From Rhodospirillales bacterium (lineage in GTDB: Bacteria; Pseudomonadota; Alphaproteobacteria; Bin95), in NCBI GenBank assembly GCA_038143065.1, contig JAYQLI010000035.1, positions 2,336,894 through 2,400,893 on the forward strand: DNA of 64,000 bases. The letters are read 5' to 3'. The notes under the pieces were generated by a model. That model worked only from the letters and a program-made list of their open reading frames with translations, did no database searches and had not been told where the DNA came from. Below are positions 10,718-22,513 of the stretch, one piece after another (positions within the stretch are counted from its first letter, which is position 1; each line of letters starts with the position of its first letter). The translations under genes were made by a program, and so were the position numbers.

Positions 10718-11212
10718 CTAGTGGGTCCGTTGATTAATGGCAGAGTCAACAGCAGCAGTTGTTTTACTGCTGTCGATGTTACTATGTGTTAAGCGCTCGG
10801 CGATTGCCTGTGCCGCATCAATTGCGATATCTCTCACGTTGCTCATAGCTTCATCTTTGGCAACCGAGATCTGCTTTTCTGCTTCAGATGTTTGCTTTGC
10901 AATTTCTTCAGCTAAAGATGCCTGACGACTATCAAGAGCGGCTTGAGTATCAGCTTGGGCTACACGAAGTGCCTCACGAGCTTCATCCCTAGCTTTTGAG
11001 ATTGTCGCAGCATGCGACTCAGCCAGCGCGGCTGCGTCCTGCTGAAGCTTAGCAGCTCGATCAAGGTCGCCTTGAATACGCTCAGCTCTCGCCTCTAGCG
11101 CGGCCTGTACCCGCGGAATAGCGTGCTTCAACATAAGCCAATAAAGCACACCCAAAACTATCGCCAGCCAGAAGATTTGGCTTACGAACCACGTGGGATC
11201 AAATTGCGGCAT
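10718..11212 (-). CDS. atpG: ATP synthase F0 subunit b'
   Basis: MPQFDPTWFVSQIFWL, typical of alphaproteobacterial b'. Confidence 0.92.
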   Translation of the reverse strand: MPQFDPTWFVSQIFWLAIVLGVLYWLMLKHAIPRVQAALEARAERIQGDLDRAAKLQQDAAALAESHAATISKARDEAREALRVAQADTQAALDSRQASLAEEIAKQTSEAEKQISVAKDEAMSNVRDIAIDAAQAIAERLTHSNIDSSKTTAAVDSAINQRTH

Positions 11213-11304
11213 CAAACACCCCTGCCTTTATTGCGGTTGCTTTATGCCTCCGCTGACTGGCCACCTCTAAAGCGCTAGCTTTTGAAATGACCAGAACGCT
11301 GAGG

Positions 11305-11529
11305 TCAGGCGAATAGTGCGATTAGCGCAACAATCAGAGCGAAAAGCGCGATAGCTTCTGTAACGGCGAAGCCAATCCAGATGTTGGCGCCAATTTCGCT
11401 TTTTGAAGCCGGATTACGGGCTAGAGCAGTGATATAGCTCGCCCAAACGTTGCCGACACCGATACCTGCTCCGATCATGCCAATGGCGGCTAGACCAGCA
11501 CCAATGAGCTTTGCAGCTTCCGCTTCCAT
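11305..11529 (-). CDS. atpE: ATP synthase F0 subunit c
   Basis: AAKLIGAGLAAIG..ARNP..GFAVTEAIALF; 74 aa. Confidence 0.98.
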   Translation of the reverse strand: MEAEAAKLIGAGLAAIGMIGAGIGVGNVWASYITALARNPASKSEIGANIWIGFAVTEAIALFALIVALIALFA

Positions 11530-11573
11530 GAGTTTAACTCCTTCAATTAACGTAGTGAGGATTGGAAAAAACG

Positions 11574-12347
11574 TTAGTGCAAGTGCAACGCGTCATGCAG
11601 ATATATGCATGTTAAAATGGTGAACACGTACGCTTGCAGAATAGCTACCAAGAATTCTAATGCGGTAATACCCACTAATAGCACTAGTGGAGCAATACCA
11701 CCGACCACGCCCAGCATAATAGCAAAGCTAGCTATCACCTTAAGCAAAGTATGCCCTACCATCATATTGGCAAACAGACGCACTGATAAGCTAACTGGCC
11801 GAGACAGATAAGAAATCAATTCGATAGGAATAAGGATAGGCGCTGTCGCTATGGGAGCCCCGTGAGGGAAAAACAGCGAAAAGAATTTTGCTCCATGCTT
11901 AACAAGCCCTATTGCGGTAATCACCACAAAGATTGATGCAGCTAAAGCAAAGGTTACAGCAATGTGGCTGGTGAAGGTAAACGACCCTGGAATCATACCA
12001 AGAACATTTCCGAACAAAAGGAACATGAACAAAGTAAAAATAAACGGAAAATATTTTTTTCCCTCGTTTCCTACATTGTCTCGCACCATGTCGGCGATCG
12101 TTGTGTAAAGCGACTCAGCAATTAACTGCCAACGACTAGGGACAAGGCTACCTGGACCTGCGCCAAACCTAATAAGGCTAAATGAGACGATCGCGGCAAT
12201 AACCATCCATAGGGAGGAATTTGTGAAGGAGATATCTAATCCACCGATCTGAATATCCAGAATCGGATGAATTTCGAACTGATGGAGAGGGTCTAAACCT
12301 CCACCACCGTGGCTTTCCGCCGCTTGTGAGCCTTTGTTTCCTGCCAC
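11574..12347 (-). CDS. atpB: ATP synthase F0 subunit a
   Basis: DPLHQF, FTNSSLWM, SLSVRLFANM and LQAYVF motifs; GTG start after a GAGGGG RBS. Confidence 0.97.
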   Translation of the reverse strand: MAGNKGSQAAESHGGGGLDPLHQFEIHPILDIQIGGLDISFTNSSLWMVIAAIVSFSLIRFGAGPGSLVPSRWQLIAESLYTTIADMVRDNVGNEGKKYFPFIFTLFMFLLFGNVLGMIPGSFTFTSHIAVTFALAASIFVVITAIGLVKHGAKFFSLFFPHGAPIATAPILIPIELISYLSRPVSLSVRLFANMMVGHTLLKVIASFAIMLGVVGGIAPLVLLVGITALEFLVAILQAYVFTILTCIYLHDALHLH

Positions 12348-12357
12348 TGGCCCCTCG

Positions 12358-12707
12358 CTATCCCTTGTCGTCTTCGGCGATTTCTCGCGCTGCACGTTCT
12401 CTGGCGGCTCGAGCATCTAAGTCACGAGCTGTTCTAATCACATTTGCAAACGCCGCGCCAGATCCAGAATGAACCCAACGATCAGCAAAAACGGCGCAGT
12501 CTCGAAGTAAGAGTCCAAAAACAGACCTCCTCCGACACCAACTGCCAGGCCGGCCACCATTTCGATGACAATCCTGAGCCCAACAGCCATGCCGTTTGCT
12601 GCACGACCGCGACCAGAGCCGCCGCCTTGGGTTTGCAGCACCCGCCGTGTTCTCGCCGCCTTTACCCGCTGACCTAAATCTTGCAAACGGTCGTCATTGA
12701 CCATCAC
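12358..12707 (-). CDS. atpI: AtpZ/AtpI family protein (1-nt indel at ~12465)
   Basis: GMAVGLRIVIEMVAGLAVGVGGGLFLDSYF. Adding a G continues as GSGAAFANVIRTARDL...DDKG*. Confidence 0.85.
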
Positions 12708-12808
12708 AAAGACCCCTCAACCCATTCCTAATTGGTGGCTGAACATCAAACATCCGCCAACAACTAAGACTTGCAAAGACGAATAAGAATTATCCGACAG
12801 GCGGGCGG

Positions 12809-12838
12809 ACATTAGGCGGGCGGTCGAAGTAGTGTCAA
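12809..12838 (-). promoter_or_regulatory. Candidate sigma70 promoter of the atp F0 operon
   Basis: TTGACA-18 nt-TAATGT on the minus strand; the -10 box is flanked by two AGGCGGGCGG direct repeats (plus-strand spelling). Confidence 0.5.
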
Positions 12839-12903
12839 GGATAGGTGGGGGGCTAAAAGGCCCTTGCTGCAGCGTTGGTTTGTCGCATCCGATTGGTTCA
12901 GCA

Positions 12904-15900
12904 TCAGCCGGCTTCTCGCATTGCTGCAGCGTCATCAAAATTTACAGACACAAGCTGGGAAATGCCACGTTCCGGCATGGTTACGCCGTATAAGCGATCC
13001 ATACGAGCCATTGTCATTCTATGGTGTGTGACGACAAGGAAACGAGTGTGCCCTTCAGAAGCCATTTCTTCCAGAAGTGAGCACACCCGATCCACGTTCG
13101 AATCATCTAATGGCGCATCTACCTCATCAAGAACACAAATTGGGCTTGGGTTGCACCGGAAGGCTGCAAAAACAAGTGCCAAAGCAGTCAATGCACGTTC
13201 CCCACCTGAGAGGAGTGAGAGGGTTTGAAGACTCTTTCCTGGCGGGCTTGCCATTATTTCAAGGCCTGCTTCAAGGGGATCATCCGAGCCAACCAGCGCA
13301 AGGCGGGCACGACCACCGCCAAAAAGCCGCTGGAACAGTTGGCTGAACTCTTTATCTATCAAATCAAACGTTTGTCGAAGACGCTGGCGGGCTTCTCCTG
13401 AGAGGTCAGAAACGCCCCGTCTCAGTTTTGTTATTGCTTGAATGAGATCTTCACGCTCTCGTCGGATTGTTTCGGATTGTTCTTCGATCTCTTCTATTTC
13501 AGTTTCAGCCCTAAGGTTTACCCCACCCATATTTTCGCGTTCACGTCTAAGTCGCTCTACCTTTCGGTCTAGAGCGTCGAGATCACTGGGAGGATTTTCT
13601 GGATCAACGCCTGCTATTTTGGCGAGGTCTCCAGGTGTTGCATCTAATTTTTCGACTATGCGATCTAACAAGTTTTGAGAAAACACACGAGCTTGATCAG
13701 CCTTGGCGGCAGCAACTGCTCTAGCCTCTCGAGCACTGCTTGCTGCAGTGTCAGCAGTCTTTGCGGCTGCAGCAAGCCGCGAAGCTTCTGTCTCAGCGCT
13801 AGCTAAGGCATCTCCTAGGGCGTGACGTTTTGATTCAGCCGTCTCAAGGGCATCGAGGATACGAGCTCTGTCTGAATCCTCATTGTTATCACCCTCTTCT
13901 GCGGCAGCAATTGCAGACGCAGCCTCAGTTGCTCTAGAGGCTAGTGCTAAAAGAGCAGCTTCAGCGGCTGATATTGCATTTTTCCTCTCTGATTCTTCAT
14001 CTGCAACGGCCTTGAGGCGCCGAGCATTTTCGGCTTTAGCGGCTTCTAAGCGCTGTCTTTCGGCCTTCGCTTCTGACAAAGAGAGTTGGGCTGCGTTTGC
14101 TTCAGCGCGTGTGTTCTCTGCAATAGACCTTGCGGTATCTGGTTCGGCAATTTTATTTGCCAATCGTGACGCCTCATTTGACTCTGCCGAGGCAAGTTCC
14201 ACCTGTTGACGTGCATTGGCAACAGCTTCTGCCTTTGCCGCTATGTTAGCTGCATAAAGGGCCTTATCTCTCTCGGCATGTCCCGCAGCGTTTTGATGTT
14301 CGTCGAGCTTTTTTCTTGCAGCTTGTAGAGAGTTTTGGGCTTCCCTTTCGTCTGCCTCCGCTTTGGTTAGCTCTGCCCTTGCAACGTCGCTAACAGCGAG
14401 CGCTGCAACTGAAGCTTCGGAAGCCTTTTTTCTGTTAACTTCGGCGGTTTCTAAACGATTTTTTAAAGCTAGGCGGCGCGCAGCTGCTGTCTCTGCCCCC
14501 GGTCTTCGAACAAACCCATCCCAGCGCCAAAGACCTCCTTCAGCTGAGACTAACCGCTGGCCTTGGGCAAGAGAGGGCGCAAGGGCTTCTGCTGCTGCGG
14601 AACTTTCAACGAAACCAATTTGGCTTAGTCGCGGCAATAATTGGTCTGGAGCAGAAACAAAATCGCTAAGCGGCTGCGTGCCCGAGGGCAAATCAGCTTT
14701 AGATCTGCTTGCCGCTTCACCCCAAAAGACTCGGCAGTTGGATCAAGTGAAGCCTCTAAATCATCTCCCAGGGCAGCACCCAAAGCTGTCTCATACCCTT
14801 CTTTTGCTCTGATGTGGTCGAGCACTGGAGCGCGATCGGGAGTGGATTGATTCTCAAGTAGGCCAGAGAGAGTTTTGGTTTCTGCAGTAAGTGCTGCTTC
14901 TGCACTGGCGGCGGCAGCACGAGCTTCCTGAGCGCTCGCAAGGTTTGCGCGCAGTGTTTCGACAGCTTCTTTGAAACTTTCGGCAGCTTCAGAAATTTCA
15001 GCTAAAGCTTTTCGAGCTTTGTCAGCTTGTGCAGTTGCATCTTCCAGTGCATTGGCGGGTGGAGCCTTTTCTTCTGCTTCAGAGTAAGCTCTTTCTGCTA
15101 CCGTTAGAGTAGTGGAGACGCGCTCAAGTCTGGATTCAGCATCTCTTAAACGCTGAGATAATGTTCGGTTGTTGGCTTCTATTTCTGCGGCTTGATCTGC
15201 AGCCCTGTTAGCGGCCTCTGTTTTTTCGGCAACGATGGTCGTTGCTTCTTTGATCCGAGAGTCGAGCTCTTCTGGAGCGTCCAGATCAGCTGCTATCGCT
15301 AATAGGGCAGTTGTTTCCTCACTGAGCCGGATTAAGGCCCGTTCGGCAGATGTTTTTCTTTCTTCTTCCCGCTCTCTATCCCTACCAACATCTTCTAAGC
15401 GTATTTGAGCAGCGGCTCTGGCATCGGCCCTCCGCCGCCGCTCAGCGTCGATACGTTCTAACTCTAGCCTAAGACGCTGTTGAGTTGCTGCTGCTTCTGA
15501 TTCCAGTCTTCTCGCGGCGGGAAGGGCGGCATTTGCCTCGCTGGCAAGACGTTCAACTCGAGCAGCTTCAGCGGCCACTTGAGCGACAGCGGATTCTGCA
15601 ATTTTAGCGTTCTCAAAGGCTTGAGTTCTCTCTGTTTCGCTTAAGCGCCAGCGAGCTAAAAATGCTGCTGCATCCGCTGCTCGGATTAGATCGGAGGGCT
15701 TGCGAAAGCGATTAGCCTGCCTTGCTTGCTTCTGTAAGCTAGCTAACTGGTTGTCAAAACCAGTTAGGATATCTTCCAAACGTTCCAAATTAGTTTCGGC
15801 TGCATTTAGGCGAAGAGTAGCTTCATGTCTCCGAGCCCGAAGGCCCGCTACACCGGCAGCCTCTTCAAGAATAGAGCGGCGCTGTTCAGGTTTGGCGAGC

Positions 15901-16361
15901 ACAAACGCGCCAATTTGACCTTGGCTGACAATAGCAGCTGAGCGCGCGCCAGAAGCCAAATCAGCGAAAAGCGTTTGGACGTCACGCGCCCTCGTGTCTC
16001 GGCCGTTTACTCGATATGAGGATCCAGAACCTCTCTCTATCCGACGAGAAATTTCTAACTCTGCCTGCCCAATCCATGGTGCGGGAAACGCACCGTCTGG
16101 ACCAGTTAAGCCTATTGTGACTTCCGCGTGATTTCGAGAAGGACGTCCACCCCCGCCGGAGAAGATGACATCATCCATGCCATCTCCACGCAACTGCTTT
16201 GCCGATGTTTCGCCCATTGCCCAGCGCAAAGCTTCAACAACATTAGATTTTCCGCATCCGTTTGGACCTACCACGCCGGTTAGGCCCGGCGAAATAGCAA
16301 CCTCAACCGGATCCACAAACGATTTAAATCCTGTTACTTTGAGCCGGACGATGTTCGCCAT
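12904..16361 (-). CDS. smc: Chromosome partition protein Smc (split by an indel at ~14700-14730)
   Basis: N-terminal GFKSF and Walker A GPNGCGKSN; long coiled coils; C-terminal LSGGE and LDEVDAPLD. Confidence 0.96.
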
Positions 16362-16395
16362 GCTCGCTCCTCTATATTTTTCGCTTGCGAAACAA

Positions 16396-17021
16396 TTACT
16401 TGGTGAGGGTGTCGATGACTTTTATCATTTCCTCAGCGGTTATGCCGCCCCGATAGAGTGTTTCGTCAATCACAAAACTTGGTGTTGAGCGAACGCCATG
16501 TTTTTGTTCCCCTCCTGAGCTTCTGCAATAATCTGCTCAAGCATGCTTTTGTCTTCCATGCATGCCATTGAGGTTTCTTCTTTGAGGCCCGCCAGCTTAC
16601 CAATGTTCGCTAGAGCTTTGAGGGGATTTTGGCTTCGCGACCAAACGCTTTGTGATTCGAATAAAAGATCGAGTATAGCGAGGCGTCGAGATGCGCCTGC
16701 GCACCGGGATAAGGCTGCAGCTCGAAGAGCTAGGCCATCAAGTGGAAAATCACGAAAGACTAAACGCGCGCGTCCATCGGCAATAGGACCAGCTTTCAAC
16801 TTAGGCAAAATACTTTGATGAAAGTTGGCACAGTGCGGGCATGTTAGCGAGGCATATTCCACAATGACTACTTTTGCATCAGCCTTCCCGTAAAACACGT
16901 CGCTTTCGCGAATCTCTGGTGCGGCGGTCACCTCTCCGGAAGGCTCTGCCACGGCAGATGGAACAGCAAAAATCCAAAGCGCAAAAACAGCGTTGGTGAT
17001 CAAAATCAATATTTTATGCAT
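16396..17021 (-). CDS. DsbA family thiol-disulfide oxidoreductase (indel at ~16500)
   Basis: Signal peptide, EYASLTCPHCANFH and FRDFPLD; the shifted frame continues GVRSTPSFVID...TK*. Confidence 0.9.
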
Positions 17022-17180
17022 TGTAGAGTCTCTTACCCCTATATCTTGTAATTGTATCGGTTCCTAGCATCTGTCTGCAACCTAGATATTTATCAAAGAC
17101 GGGGACAAGTTGGCGAAAGTGTGGCGCTTGGATTGTTAGGGCTTCGCAGAATCAAACGTGTGCGCTATATCAGGGGCGTG

Positions 17181-17255
17181 GCCGGGTTAGCACAGTGGTA
17201 GTGCAGCGGTTTTGTAAACCGAAGGTCGGGGGTTCAAATCCCTCACCCGGCACCA
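17181..17255 (+). tRNA. tRNA-Thr (anticodon TGT)
   Basis: GCCGGGT/ACCCGGC acceptor stem, GCAC/GTGC D-stem, anticodon loop TTTGTAA, GGTTCAAATCC T-arm, encoded CCA. Confidence 0.97.
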
Positions 17256-17404
17256 CTTTTCTAAGAGAATTAAGTAGTTTTGCGCTTCTAACGATATCAA
17301 TGGGTTAGTAGCTGTCCTGATCCCAAGTTCCCGCTAGATTTGGCGGCCTCAATGGTAGATTGAGAATAGGGTCCTTACACGCTTTGTTATCCGCACCCGA
17401 GGCA

Positions 17405-18307
17405 TCATTTTTTAAGGTTGATTAGAGCTTGTTTGCTATTAGAGGATCGTTCTCGCTTCAGAGCATAAAGTCCAGAGGCAATAACAATGCCACCTCCCGT
17501 GATAGTCCAGATATCAGGGAAATCCCCAAAGGCAACCCACCCTAATATGACGGCGAACAGAGGCATTGCGTATGAGAAAGGTTGGAGGGTTGATGCCTCC
17601 GCGTTTCTGTATGCGGATGATAGAAGTAAATGACCACAAGCTCCAAGAAGTCCGAGTAGTACTAACCATGCCCAGCCTTCTGGTGTTGGAGGTTGCCAGA
17701 CTAATGGTGCAACCGCAGAAAAGCAGACAAAACCGACCATAGCAGAGTAAAGAGTTGTTGTTTCTGCGCTGTCCTTAGCACCTACTACACGCAATAAAAT
17801 CTGAAAAGTGGCCCAGCAACATGCACCACCCAACGCTATGAGGGATGCTGGTTCAAAAACCGTTGAGCCTGGCCTTATGATTATAAGCACACCGATGAAA
17901 CTGATTGCTACCGCTGTTATTCGGCGCGGACCAATTTTTTCCTTCAGAAAAACAGCAGCTAATGCCATCACAAGAATTGGCGCAGCCGCCAGGATTGCAT
18001 GCACATCTGCAAGTGGCATCACGCGTACAGCAACTATAAAGGCGGTCATTTGTCCAATCATTATGATTCCGCGAAGTAATTGGGTTTTTGGTTTTGCGGA
18101 TTTAAGGGTTTTTTTAAAACCCTTATGCCCAGCTAACGACAGACTGAAAATAAGAAAAACCCAGAAACGAATGGCCAAGATTTGAGGGATTGCTAAGCTC
18201 GCAGTTAGGTGTTTGGAGATCGCGTCCATAGATGCAAGAAGTAACATCGCTAGCAAAACAACTGCGATGGCAAATCTAGGACGGTTGGGGCGATTAGGCT
18301 CAGACAT
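17405..18307 (-). CDS. DMT/EamA family transporter
   Basis: About 10 TM helices; FLKEKIGPRR, GVLIIIRPG and FGDFPD motifs. Confidence 0.9.
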   Translation of the reverse strand: MSEPNRPNRPRFAIAVVLLAMLLLASMDAISKHLTASLAIPQILAIRFWVFLIFSLSLAGHKGFKKTLKSAKPKTQLLRGIIMIGQMTAFIVAVRVMPLADVHAILAAAPILVMALAAVFLKEKIGPRRITAVAISFIGVLIIIRPGSTVFEPASLIALGGACCWATFQILLRVVGAKDSAETTTLYSAMVGFVCFSAVAPLVWQPPTPEGWAWLVLLGLLGACGHLLLSSAYRNAEASTLQPFSYAMPLFAVILGWVAFGDFPDIWTITGGGIVIASGLYALKRERSSNSKQALINLKK

Positions 18308-18399
18308 GGTCCGTTTCAAAATTAAGTTTTGCTCTCTGCCGTATCATGAATGCGAACTTATGAGTAAAATTTGGGTGGGTAGATTATTGGAGAGACACC

Positions 18400-19250
18400 G
18401 TGCAGGAAATGGCAACAGGTTATGGACTTGTGGAAGGACCAGTTTGGCATAGTGAGCTGGGTTTGCTTTACAGCGACGTCCTGAATGGTGGAGTATTTCG
18501 AATATCTAAGAACGGGGATGTCAGTCAGCAGGTGCCAAAGCGGCGAGGAATTGGAGGAATGGCGCTTCATGCCGATGGCGGATTAGTGATGGGCGGAAAG
18601 GATATTGTTGCTGCGGATATTGATGGCACTAACATGGGTATCCTACTTGCCGGTGCCGATACTCAAGCAGGAATTGGCTTCAACGATTTAACAACGGACG
18701 CTAACGGTCGAATTTTTGTAGGTGACTTAGGTTTTCGAGTTTTTCGTGGCGATGAGCCAAAACCAGGATATCTGCATTTGATTGATCTTGATGGCAGTGA
18801 ACGGGTCATTTCCGATGGAATAATGCTCACTAACGGCCTTGGGTTTTCGCCTGATGGGAAAAGACTTTATCATTCTGACGCGCGTGCAGATCTAGTCAGG
18901 GTGTATGACGTATTTCCAGATGGCTCGGTTAGTGATTGGGTGCCTTTTGCTACCCTCGAGTCAGGGGAAACTCCTGATGGTTTAGCTGTTGCTATGGATG
19001 GCTCGGTATGGGTGGCTCTGGCCCATGGAGGAGCTGTTGCGGTCTATGAGTCCGATGGTCAACTCAGACAGCGGGTGCCAGTTCCTTTGCCAATGGTCAC
19101 AAGTGTTTGCTTTGGTGGAGACGACCTAAAGGATGTGTATATCGTATCTGGCAGCCGTGGCGGTCAAGAGAAAATTGTGGCAGCGTATTTGTTACACGCT
19201 CGTCGGTTGCGGGGCTTCCTCTCCCGCCTGCAAAAGTAAAAAGGAATTGA
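18400..19250 (+). CDS. SMP-30/gluconolactonase family lactonase (indel at ~19165)
   Basis: EGPVW, FNDLTTD, NGLGFSPDG and PDGLAV metal-binding beta-propeller motifs; the shifted frame ends ..GSVFVTRSSVAGLP..*. Confidence 0.9.
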
Positions 19251-19311
19251 TGGCTTAACCCATTCTTCGTCAGTTGATTCCAACTTATTTGGTGCCACTC
19301 TTGATGATGCT

Positions 19312-20948
19312 TTACTCGGCTGCAGCTGCAGAGCGCGCAGGCTCGAGATGGAAGCCTCGATAGTTATCCGCAACTACTTCTTCACAAATACGGCGGTAAG
19401 TTCCTACTCCGGCAATATAAGGCATAAAGAGGCGCGGTTTGCCTGGAATGTTGGCGCCCGTGTACCAAGAATTGGCCTGAGGAAAGAGTGTTTTGTTTGC
19501 AACTTCTTGGACATGGTCAACCCATTGATCTTCAGCCGATATTTCTGGTTCGATAAGCTCAAAGTTCTCAGCTCGCATGTGCTGAATAGTGCTTACTACA
19601 AGATCCACATGCTGCTCTATCGATGTAAGCATGTTGCTTTTTACAGATGGGCTGCCAGGGCCAGTGATCATAAAAAGATTGGGAAAGCCTTCGCTCATAA
19701 CGCCTAAGTAAGTCCTAGGGCCTGCTTTCCATTTTTCTTTAAGGGCCAATTTATTGCGACCACGTATATCAATATTGAACAAGGTGCCTGTCATTGCATC
19801 AAAACCGGTTGCAAAAACGATGGTATCAAATTCGTAAACTTTGCCGTCAACACTCAGTCCGTTATCAGTCACGTGTTCGATAGGATTTTGACTAATGTCA
19901 ATAAGATTGACGTTATCTCTGTTGTAAGTTTCGTAGTAACCACTATCGACACAAATACGTTTTGTACCGATAGGATGGGATGCCGGCGCTAGGATTTCGG
20001 CTGTTTTTTTATCTTCAACGGTTTCGTATATTTTACTTCTGACAAACTCTGACATCATATCGTTTGCAGATTGGCTTACCAAAATATCATTAAAGGCGGC
20101 TAAGAAGCCTGATCCCCATTTTTCCATTGGGCCTCCAGTATTGCTTGTCGTTCTTCGGTGTTTACTTCTAAGGCAGATTTTTCGCCCCTAGGTCTGGTAT
20201 TCCCTTGTTGGGAATAACGCATCAATTCCCGCTTATCGGCGTAATCCTCTTTCCACGACCGCGAATAGTCAGCAGTCATCGGCGCGTTCCGCGTTGGGAT
20301 TGAGAAGTTTGCGATCCGTTGAAAAACAGTAAGATGACCGGCTTCTTTGGCAATTTCAGGTATCGCTTGAATACCGGAGGAGCCAGTTCCAACTACCGCT
20401 ACGCGTTTGCCATTAAAGTCAACTTTTTCATGAGGCCATGAACCAGTGTGATATGTTTCGCCCTTAAATTGAGTAAGCCCTTCAATTTCTGGTACCTGTG
20501 CTGTTGAGATGCACCCAGTAGCCATTATGACAAACTTGGATGTTATTGTTTGCCCCCTGTTAGTTTTTGCACTCCAAAGACGGCTTACGGGATCAAAGTG
20601 CGCAGATTTTACCTCTGTCTCAAATTCAATATGGCGCTTTACATCGAACCGATCGGCAACATGATTTGCATACCGCAGGATATCTGGTTGAGCGGAGTAC
20701 TTTTCAGGCCACTCCCACTCCTGCTGTAAGGCCTCGTCAAAACCATATGAGTATTCCATGCTCTCAACGTCACAGCGTGCACCAGGATAACGGTTCCAAT
20801 ACCAAGTGCCACCGACACCATCACCTCGTTCGTAGCAGCGAACTGACATTCCTGCAGCAACACATCGATGCACCAGATAGATGCCTGAAAACCCAGCTCC
20901 TACAATTATAACGTCAAAATGAGGTGCAACGGACGTTTGATGGGACAT
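19312..20948 (-). CDS. Type I Baeyer-Villiger monooxygenase (split by an indel at ~20115)
   Basis: GAGFSG, GGTWYWNRYPGARCD, BVMO fingerprint FKGETYHTGSWP, GTGSSG, ATGFDAMTG, SWYTGANIPGKP. Confidence 0.93.
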
Positions 20949-21055
20949 CTTTTGTCTCCCTAATATCACCGCGCTTCAGCAAGCAATGTGAGTACCTTAG
21001 AAGTAATCTGACAGTTCACTCTAAACCATGCACTTTGTGCGGGTCATCTGTTTTA

Positions 21056-21601
21056 TTAGACGTCAAGTGCTTCATGAGCGGGATTAGGCTCCAGTTCGAC
21101 GCCGTTCACAGTCATCGCGAGCATGGCATAGTATCCAATGCAGGTGGTTAATTGAACATATTGATCTGCGCCAAGCCTTTTCATAACTGCATCAGCAAGA
21201 GCTGAAGACACACGATTTTTGCTAAGAAGCTCACGCGTGAATTCTATTATTTGTAGGTCTTGTGGTGGAATTCCGTCTGAACGACCTTCCCGGATTGCAT
21301 CGATAGTGGATCGAGGCACTCCTCGTTCTGCACCAATAACACCCTGTATCCCCCAGACGTATTGAGCTTGGAAATGAAGACCGACTACTAACGCGGCGAG
21401 TGTGCGGGTTCTTAGCTCTAGTGTTCCCTCCCAACGAACTAAGGTTCCAAGATGGGCCACACGCTCAGCCCATTCTGGGGCATGCATCCATACTGAAAAT
21501 GGCCCATCAAGAGATTTACGGGTGTCGACAATTTTCTCTGCGATGCGACGAGCTTCACCTGAAAGCTCAGAAGGGGATTTAAGAACTTGTACTCTGGCCA
21601 T
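21056..21601 (-). CDS. Carboxymuconolactone decarboxylase/AhpD-like protein (no CxxC)
   Basis: GPFSVWMHAP..RTLAALVV..AQYVW..IGYYAMLA; CMD-family pattern. Confidence 0.8.
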   Translation of the reverse strand: MARVQVLKSPSELSGEARRIAEKIVDTRKSLDGPFSVWMHAPEWAERVAHLGTLVRWEGTLELRTRTLAALVVGLHFQAQYVWGIQGVIGAERGVPRSTIDAIREGRSDGIPPQDLQIIEFTRELLSKNRVSSALADAVMKRLGADQYVQLTTCIGYYAMLAMTVNGVELEPNPAHEALDV

Positions 21602-21678
21602 ATTGCTTCCTCGGATTAATGATGGGGGAAAGAATAATCAGATAGTATTGCTAACAGCATCCAGGGTAGGAGAATACA

Positions 21679-22506
21679 ATGTCCAAACCAGAAGTTGACA
21701 GAAGTTTTCTCGGGAAGACTGTCGTAGTTGTTGAGGCTACCTCCCATGCGAAGGGTGTCTTTGCACCAGCACCGGCTGGTAGCCAGAACATTCATGTTGG
21801 TTCAGCGTCCGCTCGTCTATTTGCCTCTCGAGGAGCAAGAGTGGTGGTGATTGATCCAGACCGAGATGCTCTTCAAGAACTCGAGGAAGAAATAAAGTTA
21901 GCGAATGGCGAGATCGAAACAGTGACCGTTGATCATATCGATCCCAATGCGCTGCGTTCAGTTGTGCGAGAAAAAATTGGACCAGTTCATGCCCTCATCA
22001 ATTGCCACTTTAATCCGGAGCGGCAGTCTATAGAAGATGTTGAAATGGATGCGCTGGAGCAGGTTATTCAGTCTGAATTACTTGGACCACTTGCCGCGAC
22101 GAAAGCCTTTTTGCCGGCGTTGAAGGCTGCAGATGGGGCGGCCATTATTCATATGGGGTCTATCGATGGCATTCTTGGGAACCCCAATATACCTGCTTAC
22201 TCTATGGCTAAAGGTGGACTTGTTCCGATGACCCACGTAATGGCGGATGAGTTTGCTCCCTATAAAATCAGAGTAAACTGCATTGCTAGAGGTATGGCGA
22301 TTGGTAAGGGTGATTTGGTGCAGCCAGGTTATGCGCCACTGGTTGCGGTTACGCCGTTGGGGCGCCCAGCATTTCCAGAGGAGATTGCTGAGGTAGCGTA
22401 TTTCCTTGCTTCTGATGCCGCATCATACATAACTGGCACGGTGCTTCCTGTTGATGGGGGGCGCATAGGTATCACGCCGGGCACTGGCCTCAGAGTGGGG
22501 CTCTAG
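21679..22506 (+). CDS. SDR family oxidoreductase with an atypical N-terminal cofactor loop
   Basis: S..YSMAK catalytic motif, IRVNCIA, TPLGRPAFPEEIA and YITGTVLPVDGG. Confidence 0.88.
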   Translation: MSKPEVDRSFLGKTVVVVEATSHAKGVFAPAPAGSQNIHVGSASARLFASRGARVVVIDPDRDALQELEEEIKLANGEIETVTVDHIDPNALRSVVREKIGPVHALINCHFNPERQSIEDVEMDALEQVIQSELLGPLAATKAFLPALKAADGAAIIHMGSIDGILGNPNIPAYSMAKGGLVPMTHVMADEFAPYKIRVNCIARGMAIGKGDLVQPGYAPLVAVTPLGRPAFPEEIAEVAYFLASDAASYITGTVLPVDGGRIGITPGTGLRVGL

Positions 22507-22513
22507 CCAATTT

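Noticed and set aside
13400-15700. Low-complexity GCA/GCT-rich periodic sequence and antisense ORFs
   Set aside because: These reflect the Ala/Glu/Arg coiled coils of Smc, not a DNA repeat array.
12904-16361. Split smc, nuo and gcvP genes as pseudogenes or programmed frameshifts
   Set aside because: Each has a single indel with both halves fully conserved, no consistent slippery motif, and the genes are housekeeping; sequencing error is more parsimonious.
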